In this document: positions 52,250 to 64,000 of the stretch, one piece after another | Layout of the letters: the number at the start of each line of letters is the position of its first letter | Numbering within the stretch: position 1 is the stretch's first letter | Origin: Lama guanicoe | Lineage: Eukaryota | Reading direction: 5' to 3' | DNA: 64,000 bases | NCBI GenBank assembly: GCA_013239625.1 | Contig: MU056050.1 | Location: 1,722,084 to 1,786,083 of the forward strand | Translations under genes and position numbers: made by a program | Notes under the pieces: model-generated | Seen by the model: the letters and a program-made list of their open reading frames with translations, nothing else | Told to the model about the DNA's origin: nothing | Database searches by the model: none

Positions 52250-52745
52250 TGTCTTAGTTTGGGGTCTCCTGATAGGGGAGCCTGAAACAAGAACATGGGT
52301 ACAGATAGCTTATGTGGGAAGTAATCTTAAGAAGTACAAGTAAGTAAGTGGGGACACAGAGAAAGGAGAGAGGCCAATAAAGTATTGAGGTGGTTACCTT
52401 GTCCACAACTGGGGTTCAATACCCCTGGAGACCTTGTGAGAAACCATTTAGAAAGTGCCTCAAAATTTTCCCTCTAGAATGTTGGATGGTTGGAATATTT
52501 ATCCACTGACTTCCTATCTCCCATTTGTTGAGGGTTAGCCTCAAGCACTTTAACTCCATCACCTTCCCAGGCTACACCCATGTGGGGGTTGAATGGCCTT
52601 TCAACATTTTGGAGACAGTGCTGAGGTGTACAAGCAGAGAGGCCCTTTAGAGTGCTTGAGATGGGATGCGCTGTCCACTACAGCTGTGCTGAAATCAGGT
52701 GGGCTGCAGGGATGTAACATGGGCCAATGCAAGTGTTGGCTATAC
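52250..52745 (-). mobile_element. ERVL LTR (LTR33-like)
   Basis: tgtcttagtttggggtctcc...gcctgaaacaagaa..tgggtacagatagcttatgtgggaagtaatc. Confidence 0.6.
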
Positions 52746-52749
52746 TACT

Positions 52750-53150
52750 GTTCACAAATATCCAGTTATCTTCCCTTTTTGAACAGAGAAGGGAAAGACT
52801 GCATTTCTCAGCTTTTGTTCAATAGGGTGGGGCCATGTGAAAATAAAATATGAGCAATAATGCCCTATTGTTTCTGGTCTAAGGCAATAAAAAGCCCATG
52901 TGCAATTCCTCAGTTCCTGTCCCTCCCTGCCACAGCACCCATGAAGGAGGCCTTGAGATGGCATGGCCAAAAGACCAAAGTACTTTGGATTTCAAGGTTA
53001 TCATATGAGGGAAAGCTACCTTTAGGAGTCATTTAGGACCCACAGTGGACTCTGTCTAAACAAGAAATAAACTTTTCTTGCATTAAGCCACTAATATTTG
53101 GGATCTTGCTTGTTACTGCAACATATTTAGCCTATCCTGACTAATATACA
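52750..53150 (+). mobile_element. MaLR LTR (MLT1I/J-like)
   Basis: aagaaataaacttt...ttaagccacta...ttgttactgca..ata...agcctatcctgactaata. Confidence 0.75.
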
Positions 53151-53707
53151 TTCTGCCATCAGCAAGTCATATAACTTAAGCTGTTTCTAAAGTTGTAAAA
53201 ATGTGCCATAGTGAAACATCTCATGTTGTCTAAACTATTCTTCATTATGATCATCAATATATTTGTCCAGAGGCTGGTTCAAGATTAGGGCTGAAATCAG
53301 TGACCAGAACAAAAAATAAAGTTTATGTGGAGACTGGATATATATTGTAGACCTCATTATCATAATATTCTACCCATTAAGATAATCAGCCTCAGTCAAA
53401 CTACAGATTGGCTGATAAAACTGCTCTGCTGTGGTTGCAATCACTTGCACCCAGTGCCAGTATTTTAATACAGTAATAAAGAAAATCATTCCCACCTGTT
53501 CACTTGTCTATTCATCAAAAAACTCTGCTTGTTTTTTACATCATGATAGGCTATACCTTTTTAAAGCCACTTCCCTCATTAGAATATTTAGCACATCTCT
53601 ATTTGACAAGATTCAAGCTGTTCAAAGACACTATTAGGTTACAGAGATGATATAGTTTTACTCCACTGATTTCCTTCACAGTATTCTCCTTTTTTCCTTC
53701 TATTGAG

Positions 53708-55665
53708 GAAAAACACTTCCAAGGATTGAGAGCCATGCCTTCAATGCCTTCTGGAGATGTACTCACAGCAGAAAAGCCCAACTCTCAAACTCCTGGTCTT
53801 GAATTCATCTCCTCATAACACACGTGTATTTACCCACAGATTCTGCTAACTCAGCCATGATGGTTTCTGTTCCTATTGTGGTATATGACTCTGATCAAAC
53901 CCCTGAACTTACTTTTTCTTCATAGTCCAGGTTTTGTTTACCTATCTCTCTCGGATCTGTTTTTGACTTTTCTACTTCTACTCAGCATTGACACCAACAC
54001 AGCAAGTTCTACTGAGACAGAGACAGGACACTCATTGAGCATTTTACTTCCATCAACGCATCTGGAGGCTTCACAGGTAGCAGGATATTACATCCTGTCC
54101 CAGCAGTTTGGGTGCTTGAGGCAGTTTTGGTGAAGAAATTTCAATGCACATTTGTTAAATGCATCCCAGAGTCCCAAACTGGAAGGTGAATGTGTCAGGA
54201 CGCATGTCTTTTTTCTCCCATTTACTTTCAGGAGTAAACTGGCCCACTGATTGTAGTCTATTACCTACATGAGCATGACCATTCCCATTGAGCAAGGAAA
54301 AGTAAGAGTGTTCATTCAATGCTTAGATTTCCTTCAAAGTGATTCAACACATTTGGGCCTAATAGTGGCATTTAAGTCATGTTCTCTCTTATTCCATAAT
54401 TAAATTAACTTTAATTTCTCTCCCCACTTCCATCCCCAATGCTTCATATAGAATTGCTGAGCTTTGAGTGTGTGTTTATTCTAAAAATCTGAGTCATCTC
54501 ATAGAGGAATTACTAATGTGGTTCCTAAAAACACTGAAAGACACTGTATAATGAATAAGTGGCAGGGGTCAGGAAGAGAGAAGAGGAGGAATCACAAAGT
54601 TATTTTTGTTTAATTATAATGCTTTAATTTCTTATTTACCACTGGACGTCTATCACGTATGACACACAGTTATAGGCATAGTTAGTGATACAGAGTCATA
54701 TGAAGAGGATCCACTCAGAGTTCTCTAGGAAAAGATAATCTGATTTATATATATATTGAGGCGAAAGGAAAGAGCTCAGAAAAATTTCCACATTTCCATT
54801 CAAACTGGGTCTTGAAGGAAAAATAGTATTTTGTCAGGTTAAGATGGGATGGTGGGGAAATATTTCAGGCAAAGGGAATAAATAGCATGAGCAAAAGTAT
54901 CAAGGTGGCAAAATGAAAGTAAATACCATAGGTTGACTGGGGCAGACGATCCATGAAGGGGAGTACTAGTTGATAAGACTACAAAGGCAGGCTTGGAGCC
55001 AGATCACAGAAGGCCTTGAATGACAGACTGAGGAATTTTGACTTAATTCAGTAGGTTGTGAGGTGTCACTGATGATTTTTGAACTGTAAAGTCACATGAC
55101 CAGACTGTGCTTTAGGAAGAATAACCTGGCAGCAGCATGTATAATGGATTAGAAGTGAGAAGAAGTGTGCGTGTATATGTGTGTCTGTGTGTATGTGGAG
55201 GGGAATCACTGTAAACTAAAGCAGGGGCACATCACACACACAGGGACACATGTGCACACACAGACACCTGCCTTTAACCTATGCATACTTAATTATATAC
55301 ATTCCACAGAAAAAGGAAAATAACATTTTAAAAACACTGTGATTTTTTTTTTTGTCCACCATTTCACTAAAGAAATGTTTGCCCTGGAATGAACATAAGC
55401 TGGGAGCATGAATAAGCTCCTTCCTCAGTGAGTCTCTAAGTTCCTGTGGGACTGTCACCGTGAGCATATCAGCATGCTCAGTGTGATTTTATAATTAAAA
55501 TATATGCATTTTGTCTTGGTAGAACATTGCTCCTAAACTCAAGCCAACTACTTTATCTAGTGCTCAAAAGAGGAGTGAGCCATTTGAATCCTAGAGCACC
55601 TACTGGCTGCACTGGATTAGAACCTATCAGTTTCCAAAGTGATGCATTCTGAACAGTTTTTTCAA
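53708..55665 (+). pseudogene. Cluster of five small candidate relic exons (53708-53823, 53986-54076, 54232-54301, 55373-55459, 55523 to about 55665)
   Basis: Each has a pyrimidine tract plus AG, and most have good GT donors (GTAAGA at 54302, GTGAGC at 55460). Junctions 1-2, 2-3 and 4-5 are phase-compatible; translations are S/T/P/E-rich. Confidence 0.4.
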
Positions 55666-56018
55666 GTGTTTGTCTTATGCACTGACTTTTATAACTGAAA
55701 CACTATAAAAATTATGATTCTAGTACCTTGTGGTTACCTAAGTGAATACGGCCCTAACTGAGCCTGGAAGTAGTGGGAGTGAAAAAGGAGAGATCAAAAT
55801 TATTTCTATATCAGAAATAGAATCTATAGTAGCTATGCAATTGATAACTCCAAAACTTAAGGCCTGGGTAACACATAGAAATATGGAATTTGGGAGAAAC
55901 AGCAGATTGGGGGAGAGGGAAGATAATGGGTTGAATCTTGGACAAACTGAGTTTGAAGAGTTAATGAGCCATCCAGATTTCTAACACAAAGTTGTAAGTG
56001 TGGACATGGACCTAGGTC

Positions 56019-56175
56019 AGTGGTTCTTAAACTTTGCTACACATTGGAATTACTTGGGGGAGCTTTTAAAAACAGTGATGTTTGGTTATTATTATTTAAT
56101 TAGTATTGTTTACAACCTTGGCATAGGGAGTTTTGTAAGTTCTCTAGGAGATTCTAATGAATGGGAACCACCAAC
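56019..56175. mobile_element. MER5A1-like MITE within an antisense L2
   Basis: cagtggttcttaaactttgctacacattggaat...ggagattctaatg..gggaaccac. Confidence 0.7.
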
Positions 56176-58257
56176 ATAGGCAGAGAAATAGGAGTTAAAA
56201 ATGAAAATTTATCACTAATACACAGAAAAAAGATGACAGAAGCTATCGGAGTGTTGGGAATTGCTTAGCAGGTATAATAAGAGAATAAGAGAGGCAAAGT
56301 CATGGAGGATTCCTGTCCCCGTATTGCCTATGAGAAAGTAATAAATGGTGGACAGCTAGGGTTAAGGATGTAGTCTCTGGCCACAGATGGAATAAAACTA
56401 CCAAAGCAATATCCAGGACCCCATCTAACCAATATTAATAATTATGGTGACTTCTATGTGTCAAGCACTACACTTATTACTTTATATCATCATCATCATC
56501 ATCCCCATCATAAGCATTATCATCATCAATATTATGCAACTATCATTGAATGACTAATACATGGCAACTTACACACATTTTTTTCATTTAACCTTCACCA
56601 GAATTCTACGAGGTCCGCATTTTATAAATAATAAAAATGAGGCTTAAAGAGATTAAGTAACTTGCCCAAAGTCACAAATTGGCAGAGCCAGGCCTTGAAT
56701 CCATAGAAGTCTGACTACAGAGCCTGAGGTATGCATTCATTATGTTCCTAACAGTCCAGGTAATTACTTTCAGTAATAACAGAAAACAAATTGGCATTAA
56801 CTTTCCAAAGCACTTTTATATCTCTTCTTTCACTTGATGCATTCAGAAAGAGTATTATTGACCTAGTTTTACAGATGACAAAACTGACACACAGAGAGGT
56901 TACATGACTTCCTTAAAGTCACACAGTTTTATTGGTGAAACTTGAATTAGGTTGAGACAGATTCATAGATTTTTATAAAATTTCTTCCTGAAAGATTTCC
57001 ATGACCCACCACCTCTCCCTCACTAGATCAAATGCCTGTCTCTGTGTTCCTAGGCACTCTGTGTTTTTCCTTATCAAAGTTCTTACCATACTACACTGTA
57101 ATTGGTTGCTTACCTGTCTCCCTTATCAGTCTATGAGCTTAGTGAGGGCAAGAATCTTGCTTTTATTATTCACTCCTGTGTCTGAAGCCTTAAAACTGTA
57201 TCTATCTAGTAAGTATTCAATAAGTTTTGTTTGAAGTAAAGTTAATTTATTAAGCCCCTTCTAGGTCATCTACAGGGAATAGACAGATGAGGCCAACAGT
57301 CCCTGTCCCCTACCTAGACAAGCTTTAAAGTGATAGCATCGTTTACTCTACATTTTATAACAGTCTTCAAAAAAATTGCAAGAAAGAAGGACAGGGCTAT
57401 TGTGTATAGCCACAGAATTTTCTAGGTTATGTCTCCTAAAACCCAGAAGCTTCCTCTCTATTTTTAAGCCCCAGGCTAGTGTAACTGGATAGCACAAATA
57501 GTTAAGCAAAGGATACGTATGAAGCAAAAGTTAATAGTTTCCCAAGTGAGAACTTGATTACATTCTCCATCAACTACTATTGCTCAGAGCATAAAGGGAA
57601 AGGAAAATATGGTGTAAAATTGGGCTTACTGTGAACTGAGTCTGAAACAGAGTATGGAGTGCTTTATATTTGCCCAAATCTCTGATAAGAACTAGTTTCC
57701 TGATAATTTGATTCTTTCTTCTCAAAACAGAGGGCACATTTATAAGGAAGTGAGATAATGAAGATCCTATTCACTTTGCCTCCAGTTTGTATTGTGTTGG
57801 GAAGACAAAATGTAGACAACATGGACCATGCCCTTGAGGGGATTCCCACTGAGATAGAGAAATTGGTTTGATATAAAACCAACTAAACTAGCCATTTAAG
57901 GATGATATGGGAACAAATGCATAAAGGTGCCAGCTATATACATAAATGTAGTAGGTGAAAGTTAAAGTATCAGAAAGCTCACAGAGGCGACATAGTTTTC
58001 CATGTACATGGCAGAATCACAAGGGAAGAGGGTAGGTAAAACTAGAGACATGACTTTGGGCTTACCGAAGTAAGGCATGCAGAATCAACCTCCCTGAATC
58101 CTACTGCCATCTTTTTTTAACGATATTTTCAGGAAGAAGTGGGGAAGAGCTTTATTATGGCCTCAATTGGGGAATTAAGTTTTAGCCTCAAGAGAAAATT
58201 AATCAAATTAATGAAATGATAGGCCAAGGCACTGACACTATGTGCTTGGGAAACAAC

Positions 58258-58860
58258 AGATTTCAGGAAGAGTTCAAGTTCTGTGACTTGCTTTGCTGGC
58301 TCAAAGAAATGTGTCTGAATGCCTAATCCTATACTTTGTTGCCAGAACGCCCACTAGTCTGCAGTGAATTTGGTTTATGCTAAGCAAAGGAAGAAAATGA
58401 ACTCCTGGAAACTGCAGAAGCCATTTTTAATACTGAAATTTTACATGTCGTGATAGATTTAAAAAAAAAAAAACAACGCAGGAATTTTTGCCTCCGCTTT
58501 TCAGTTTTTGCAAAACAGGCCAATTCAGGGAACAAAAGAGCAAGAGGAGAGTCAGGAAGGAACAGAAAGATTTGGAACACAGACTTCAAAGGACCCAAAG
58601 TAGGAAATCAGGCAGATGATTCATCATGTGAAGGTTTTCATAGAAAATTATAAATAGGGGCAATCTTCTGCATAATCTGAAGTATCCTGCAGAAGGTACC
58701 TGGTCCAGGAATGTATGAACAAAAGTACTTGCTGCCACCCACTTAAAGCAAGTGTACAATGACTGGCAGGCAAAATGCAAATTGCCAAGGGCATCTTTCA
58801 CCACTCATAAAGGGACAATTTAGGGGCCCCTACTTTCTCTTTGCTAGAGAAGAAACATAG
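58258..58860 (+). pseudogene. Candidate terminal relic exon
   Basis: One frame has 6 stops in about 200 codons (RFQEEFKFCDLLCWLKEM...KEENELLETAEAIFNTEILHVVIDL...) and includes ORF-track 58450..58653. Confidence 0.35.
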
Positions 58861-58864
58861 TCTT

Positions 58865-60708
58865 CTCCATTCTACCTCAATCACCATTCCCAGTCACATT
58901 TTAGATCTACTTCATTGTCGTAAGAATCTGCATCTTTCTTGAAATCACTGATTCAGACATCCAGCTCTCCAACACAACTTCCTATTCTTCCAGTTCACTT
59001 ATTCACATAAATAAGATCATTAAGATCTCCGCTGATCACTTTATTCTCTCTCTCTCTACTTCACTTTCTCCCTATTCACGATATAGCTGATGGTTCAGCA
59101 TTATGATCAGTCTTTTGAAAATGCTGTTAATGCTCTTTTCTTTCCCTTCTCTTACACCACGACCAGTAAAATAAAAACACTGGATGAAGCCTACCACTCC
59201 CATGATCTGTGACTACAACTGAAAGATTGATAGAGAAAAGTCCAGAACCAGGAAAATTGGGCATTGCTTATAAATTTATAATAAATTAACTTGGCATTAA
59301 ACATTGCAAAAATTTATTATGTTTCTCTAGTAAGTTTCTCTCTTTTCTGCAAGAAATAGTTATTTTTCCCTTCTAACTCACCAAACTCACCTTCCCCCAC
59401 TGCTAATCTTTCTCTCTTGTATGAGGATGATCTTACTTCATATCTCATATAGAAAATAGCCTTCAGACAAGCATTGCCCCCCCCCTTACATCTGTGCTCA
59501 TCTTCTTCACTTTCCCTTTAATTATAATGGAAACTGGTGGTGTGGCTGGGCGGTCTAAAGGAGCGAGATTCATTATAATAGAAGAGTAACCTTCATGCTA
59601 ATAAAGACCAGATTCTTTGCATGCGCTCTGCTTCCCATTTCTTCCAACCTCTCTACAGCACCTTTATAATCAGTGTTCAAAGATGCTTTATTAACTTGCA
59701 TCAAAAATAAAATTCTTTTTTGGTCTTGTATTTTTTTCTGTTATTGATCTCTGCCTATTCTTAACAAAATCAAGCTTCCCCAAAGAGCTATCACTACACT
59801 AACTCCACTTCCTCACTTCCCATCCACTTTTCTGTGGCTTCCATCCTCATCACTATGCTGAAATATCTCTTGCTTAAGTAGTCCCTACTGACATTCATAT
59901 TGCTAAATCTAGTAGACGGTTTTCAGTTCTCATTTTACTTGACTTTTTGATGTCGATATTTGACTGAGTTGACCACTCTCTACATTTAAAACTCCTAGTT
60001 TTCCTTCTAGCTTTGTGGCTCTTCTCAGATTCTTTTTTTTTTTTCTGTTATCACAGCCTCGCTTCTGGGCTCCAAATGTGTACAGAATATTTATAGGTTA
60101 CTTGGCATTTGATTTCTCAAAGGTGTCTCGAACTCAATATATCTAGAACGGGACTAAATTTTCCTAGCCCACCAAGAGAAATCTACCCCTTTTCCAGTGT
60201 TCATGGTCTCTGTAAATAGTACCACCTGTTTCTCATTAACTGAAAAGAAAATACAAAAGCCTTAACAAGACCCTGAGTTACCAACCACTGATAATGTCTC
60301 CAGCCACATCTGTGGCCAGCACTCGTCCCTATCTCGTAACATCCAGCCTTACTACCTTTCCTTCAGTTCTTCAAACATATGTCAAGGCCTCGGTGCATAC
60401 CATTCCTCCAGTTTGGAATGCTTTTTTTCTAACTCCTACTTATTCTTTAAGACTCAGTTTAAATGTTTCTTATTCAGAGTAGGTTTTCCTGACATCTACT
60501 TTAAATTAGATCACCTCAGAATTTGTTACTATCAATTTATTTGTGTAATAGTTAATTTAACATCTATATCACAGTGAGACCGTTCAGTCCATGAAGGCAG
60601 GGATTACTATTTTGTTCATTACTGTATGTACAGAATCTAGTGAAGTGCTATTACATGATAGTTAATTGAAAAGAGCTAATGAAGGAATGAATGAGTGAAT
60701 GAATAAAA
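58865..60708 (+). mobile_element. Long degenerate L2 fragment
   Basis: ttgctaaatctagtagac..tttcagttctcattttacttgac...gttgaccactc; ends gaatgaatgagtgaatgaataaa. Confidence 0.75.
59536..59570 (+). pseudogene. 5'-half tRNA-Leu (AAG/TAG type) tailless retropseudogene
   Basis: ggtggtgtggctgggcggtctaaaggagcgagatt vs tRNA-Leu 5' GGTAGCGTGGCCGAGCGGTCTAAGGCGCTGGATT; direct repeats attataatggaa / attataatagaa. Confidence 0.7.
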
Positions 60709-61571
60709 AAACATTAGTGGAATTCTCAGTGTTAAGAAAAAGTCATTACCCCAATTATTGAATACACCTATAAATTTTTGGCCAACTCAAGGAGACACAA
60801 TAAAAGATACAAGGGTTTTAATAACCAGAAAAGAGGTAACAAAATTCTCAGTATTTGCTCACTGCCTACCTAGAAAAACAGTAAGATTCCACTGAAAAAT
60901 TAATAGAACCCTTAAGATAATTTAATGAGGTAACTAGTTTCAAACTAAATGTATAAAGTAAATATTCTTCTACCAGAAATAACCATTTAGAAAGTAGACA
61001 GTAGACAAGATTCATCTCAAATAGTAAAGAAAAAAATTAACAATTAAATATAAATAACTTCAGGTTACAGATATGAAAGTAAAGTTTACTCTGTCTGGTG
61101 CTGTCTTCTGAAACCAGCTGAAAACAACGGGGAGAATGAAAAACAGAAAAAAAAATACATTGTCAGTAAAACAAACACAACCTCAAGTCACAATCTATGA
61201 ATAAGGTTGTCCAGTGCAGAGAAAATTTGACCTGGTTGAATGAGAAAACCAAGAGCAGAACGCAAGTCTCAGCAGATCTTTGGTAAAGTGGAAAGATTCT
61301 GTAAAAAGGGATGTACCTCCTTATAGTCCAAACCAATAGTCTCTTCAAGATATTCAGTGTATCCCTGACCTCTCTTAAACTGATGGAATGGCAGGGGAGT
61401 AAAGGCTAAATGAGGGAAAGCACAGGCACAGGTGGGGTCAGGGAAAAGGTCATTGGTGGTCAGCTCTGCAATATAATTACTCAGAAAACTTGTAACGCAT
61501 GCTTCATCACTAGCCATTCAGTCTTCCAGGGGTTCACAACTGGGTGTGGTATAACCCCCTACTCCCTAGGG

Positions 61572-61760
61572 CAGGGTTTCTCAACCTCAGCACTACTGCT
61601 ATTTTTTACCACATAATTCCTTGTTGTGTTGGCTGTCTTGTGCACTATAGGATGTTTAGCAGCATCCTTGGTCTCACCAGTTGGGGTAATCAAAAATGTC
61701 TCTAGATGTTGTCAAATGTCCCTTAGAGAACAATACCATTCTGGTTGAAAACACTCACTG
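61572..61760. mobile_element. MER20 hAT-Charlie MITE
   Basis: tttctcaacctcagcactactg...ggatgtttagcagcatcc...aaaaatgtctctaga. Confidence 0.85.
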
Positions 61761-62744
61761 CCAGAGGGCATTTGTAAATGTGTGAGGGTGTTTTCAAGTG
61801 TTACAATAACTGGGTAGGGGTGGGGAGTTACTGGCATTTAATGAGTATGGAGATTGGTTGATATAAAGCTTTCATCCCTTCTCTCTGCCCTCTCCAAAAG
61901 CATTCGAGTGATCCCCTTCCCAATCCAAATTTCCAAGCCTGGTCAAGGCCTGAGCTGGAGATAGAAAATAAGTTTTAAATTGGATGTAAAAGTTTTTATT
62001 TAGACTGGATTCAATTTTTTGACACATAAAAAGATGTTTTACTAATGCCTGAATGTGTCCAAAAAGCTATGATATCTGCCCAATATGTCACTCGGGGCAA
62101 GAAAGAAATTTCCAACAAAAAATGCTTGAATACAGTGGTGAAAGATAAATAAAATTGATAATTGTATTCATAAAGTCCAATCCATTTGATAGTTTAGTTA
62201 CAAAAGGAAGACCTGAGTCTATCTATTAAATGAGTCCATGATGTTCCAGAGGAAAAAAAGATTAATGTAGAAATATTACCAAAGCAAATCTTTGTAAAAA
62301 TACCTAACTTCAAAATCCAAGGAAGAATCCTATAGACAACCATGCAAAATAATCACTTATGAACGGAAATAAGAATTTAGGCTGGTCTCAAGCTTCCTGC
62401 TAAAATATAGCAGAACAATAATGAGAAGATCCTTAGGGAAAGAGAATGTGACTCGAGAATGTTATGCCCATGCAAGCTGTCTTTCAAACATAAGGGTAAC
62501 TGAGAACAATTTTCAATATGCAAGAACTCAGGAAATAAAGTAGTCATGAACAATTCTGAAAAATTCTTAAAGTCAAAATCAAGCAAAACTAGAAAAGGAT
62601 GGGAAACACAATGTGAAAGGACCGATAGTGAATCCATTAAATAAACTAAAGTTAAACAATGATTGGAACTATAGAACACACAAATACATACACTTATATA
62701 CATATAGAAAACTCCATGAACAAAATCCAAAAACTGTTAATAGT

Positions 62745-63285
62745 GGCAGGAGGTAGGAGGATGCAAGCACTGCTAGCTGCCTATCAATATCTATTCTCCA
62801 TTTCTTTCTTACTAGCAAGTCTGCTTTTATTTGGGGAAACAATTTGCCCAGCTAAGAGTATTCACTTTCTCAGACTTCCCTTCAGTCTTGACTACACATA
62901 CAGCGTAATTCTGGCCAACTAGATATAAGTAAAAGTTGCTAGATGATGCTTCCAGGAAAGCTTTTTTAAAGGGGACAGACTTAGTTGGCTGCCATGCCCT
63001 TTTCTCCTTGATCCTGCCTGGAATATGAACTTGAAGCTGAAGGTTTAATATCATGAGTTGACAAGCTTCAATGAAGATAAATGTCTACATGCTACAGGCA
63101 GTAGGATAGAAAAATAAAAGAAACCTGGGTTCCTGATGGCTTTTCTGAGTCACGCTAGTTTCAGAATGCCTAGCATTAGAGTTCTTACTGCATAGAATGA
63201 ACAAGCCCCTGTGTATTTAAGCCACTATTAGTAAGATGTCACATTACTTGTAAAAAAAAAAAAAAGCATTCTAAAGTCATACTGG
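62745..63285 (+). mobile_element. MaLR LTR (MLT1-type)
   Basis: aattctggccaa..agatataagt..aagt...tttaagccactatt. Confidence 0.65.
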
Positions 63286-63499
63286 GGGACTAGAGATATG
63301 GCATATGAAGAAGATATAGTTCTCATTGTACTCTCATTTTTGGACTATTAATGTATTTTGCCATATGAATATCTTACTTTGTTATTTTTCATCTAGAACA
63401 TAGGAACCAAAAATGCTAATAACAAAAATGTCAAATATATAAAGCAAAGGTGTGACCTTTCTGAAGCACATAAGAGAATATATTTACAAGTGATAAGAT

Positions 63500-63960
63500 G
63501 ACTTAAAAAGACATTATCTAACAACAAAACTTGAAACATATTTTTCTTTGAAATTTGGAAAGTTTTCAAAATTCATATGGAAAAATAAACATAAAAATAG
63601 TCAATAAAATTTTGCAAAGGAAGAGTAATAAAGAGACTGATAAATTACCTGGCATTAAAATGTATTCTAAAACTACAATCACTGGAACAGTAAGATATAA
63701 ATACAAAAACAGGGATACATATCTATATGACATTATGAATGTCTCAGAAATAGATCTTGAACTGTAGAAGGATGGAGTATATGATAAAATGCCATTTCAA
63801 ATCCATGAGGAAAAAAGAAATTCTTCGATGATGATATCACAACAGCTGGTTGGTAATTTGGGGGAGTGGTTCTTATTCTTTACTTTCCACCAAGAATAAT
63901 TACAGATGGACTCAAAATGTTAATTTACAGATTTCCACTTCTAGCAAAATGGTACACTAA
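63500..63960 (+). mobile_element. Old L1 ORF2 fragment
   Basis: aaaattcatatggaaaaataaa...LPGIKMYSKTTI-like translation in ORF 63555..63767. Confidence 0.7.
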
Positions 63961-64000
63961 TTTCAAGGATAAAATAAAACAATACTTTTTTTTTTAAATG

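Larger units (their letters stand above)
72..58860 (+). pseudogene. Decayed unprocessed (multi-exon) pseudogene of a highly divergent myosin-like gene; class not assigned
   Basis: More than ten colinear myosin head motifs recovered by manual translation of non-repeat islands on the + strand, mostly flanked by polypyrimidine-AG and GT signals, with many in-frame stops and frameshifts. The 3' extent beyond about 45 kb is inferred from coding-like islands only. Confidence 0.7.

Noticed and set aside
1..64000. X-inactivation-centre (XIST/JPX/FTX) identity or a miRNA cluster
   Set aside because: I recognised no XIST repeats, miR-374/421/545 sequences or Lnx3/Uspl/Wave4-like translations; the chromosome cannot be determined from this window.
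1..64000. CRISPR arrays, rRNA, intact tRNA, or prokaryotic/viral gene systems
   Set aside because: No repeat-spacer structure or gene-dense coding; the sequence is mammalian and repeat-rich, with only solo LTRs and no ERV internal genes recognised.

Overview
AT-rich mammalian (eutherian) genomic DNA, probably camelid: the young L1 3' ends look camelid-type and I recognise no lineage-specific SINE. Much of the window is interspersed repeat (old and young L1, L2, L3/CR1, MIR, MaLR/ERV LTRs, hAT/Tigger MITEs). No intact protein-coding gene is supported; most ORF-track entries are L1 fragments or noise. The main result is in the non-repeat islands on the + strand. Translated across stops and frameshifts, they give myosin motor-domain landmarks in the correct order, mostly bounded by AG/GT splice signals: LVWV, N.P.F, YT..G.ML..N, ELPP, Q.VLIS, LLEAF, IIGG..LEY, PL..EEA..R...LY.ML, NS/FKQ, LQ..FN, GFP.R, LQRQY, EWR..K..IRG. 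I infer a decayed, intron-containing pseudogene of a highly divergent myosin-like gene spanning about 0.07-59 kb. Its motor appears split by a very large low-complexity coding-like insertion, it has no recognisable P-loop, and its tail does not look like coiled coil. All alignments were made by eye against remembered consensus sequences; the myosin class and repeat subfamily names need computational confirmation.
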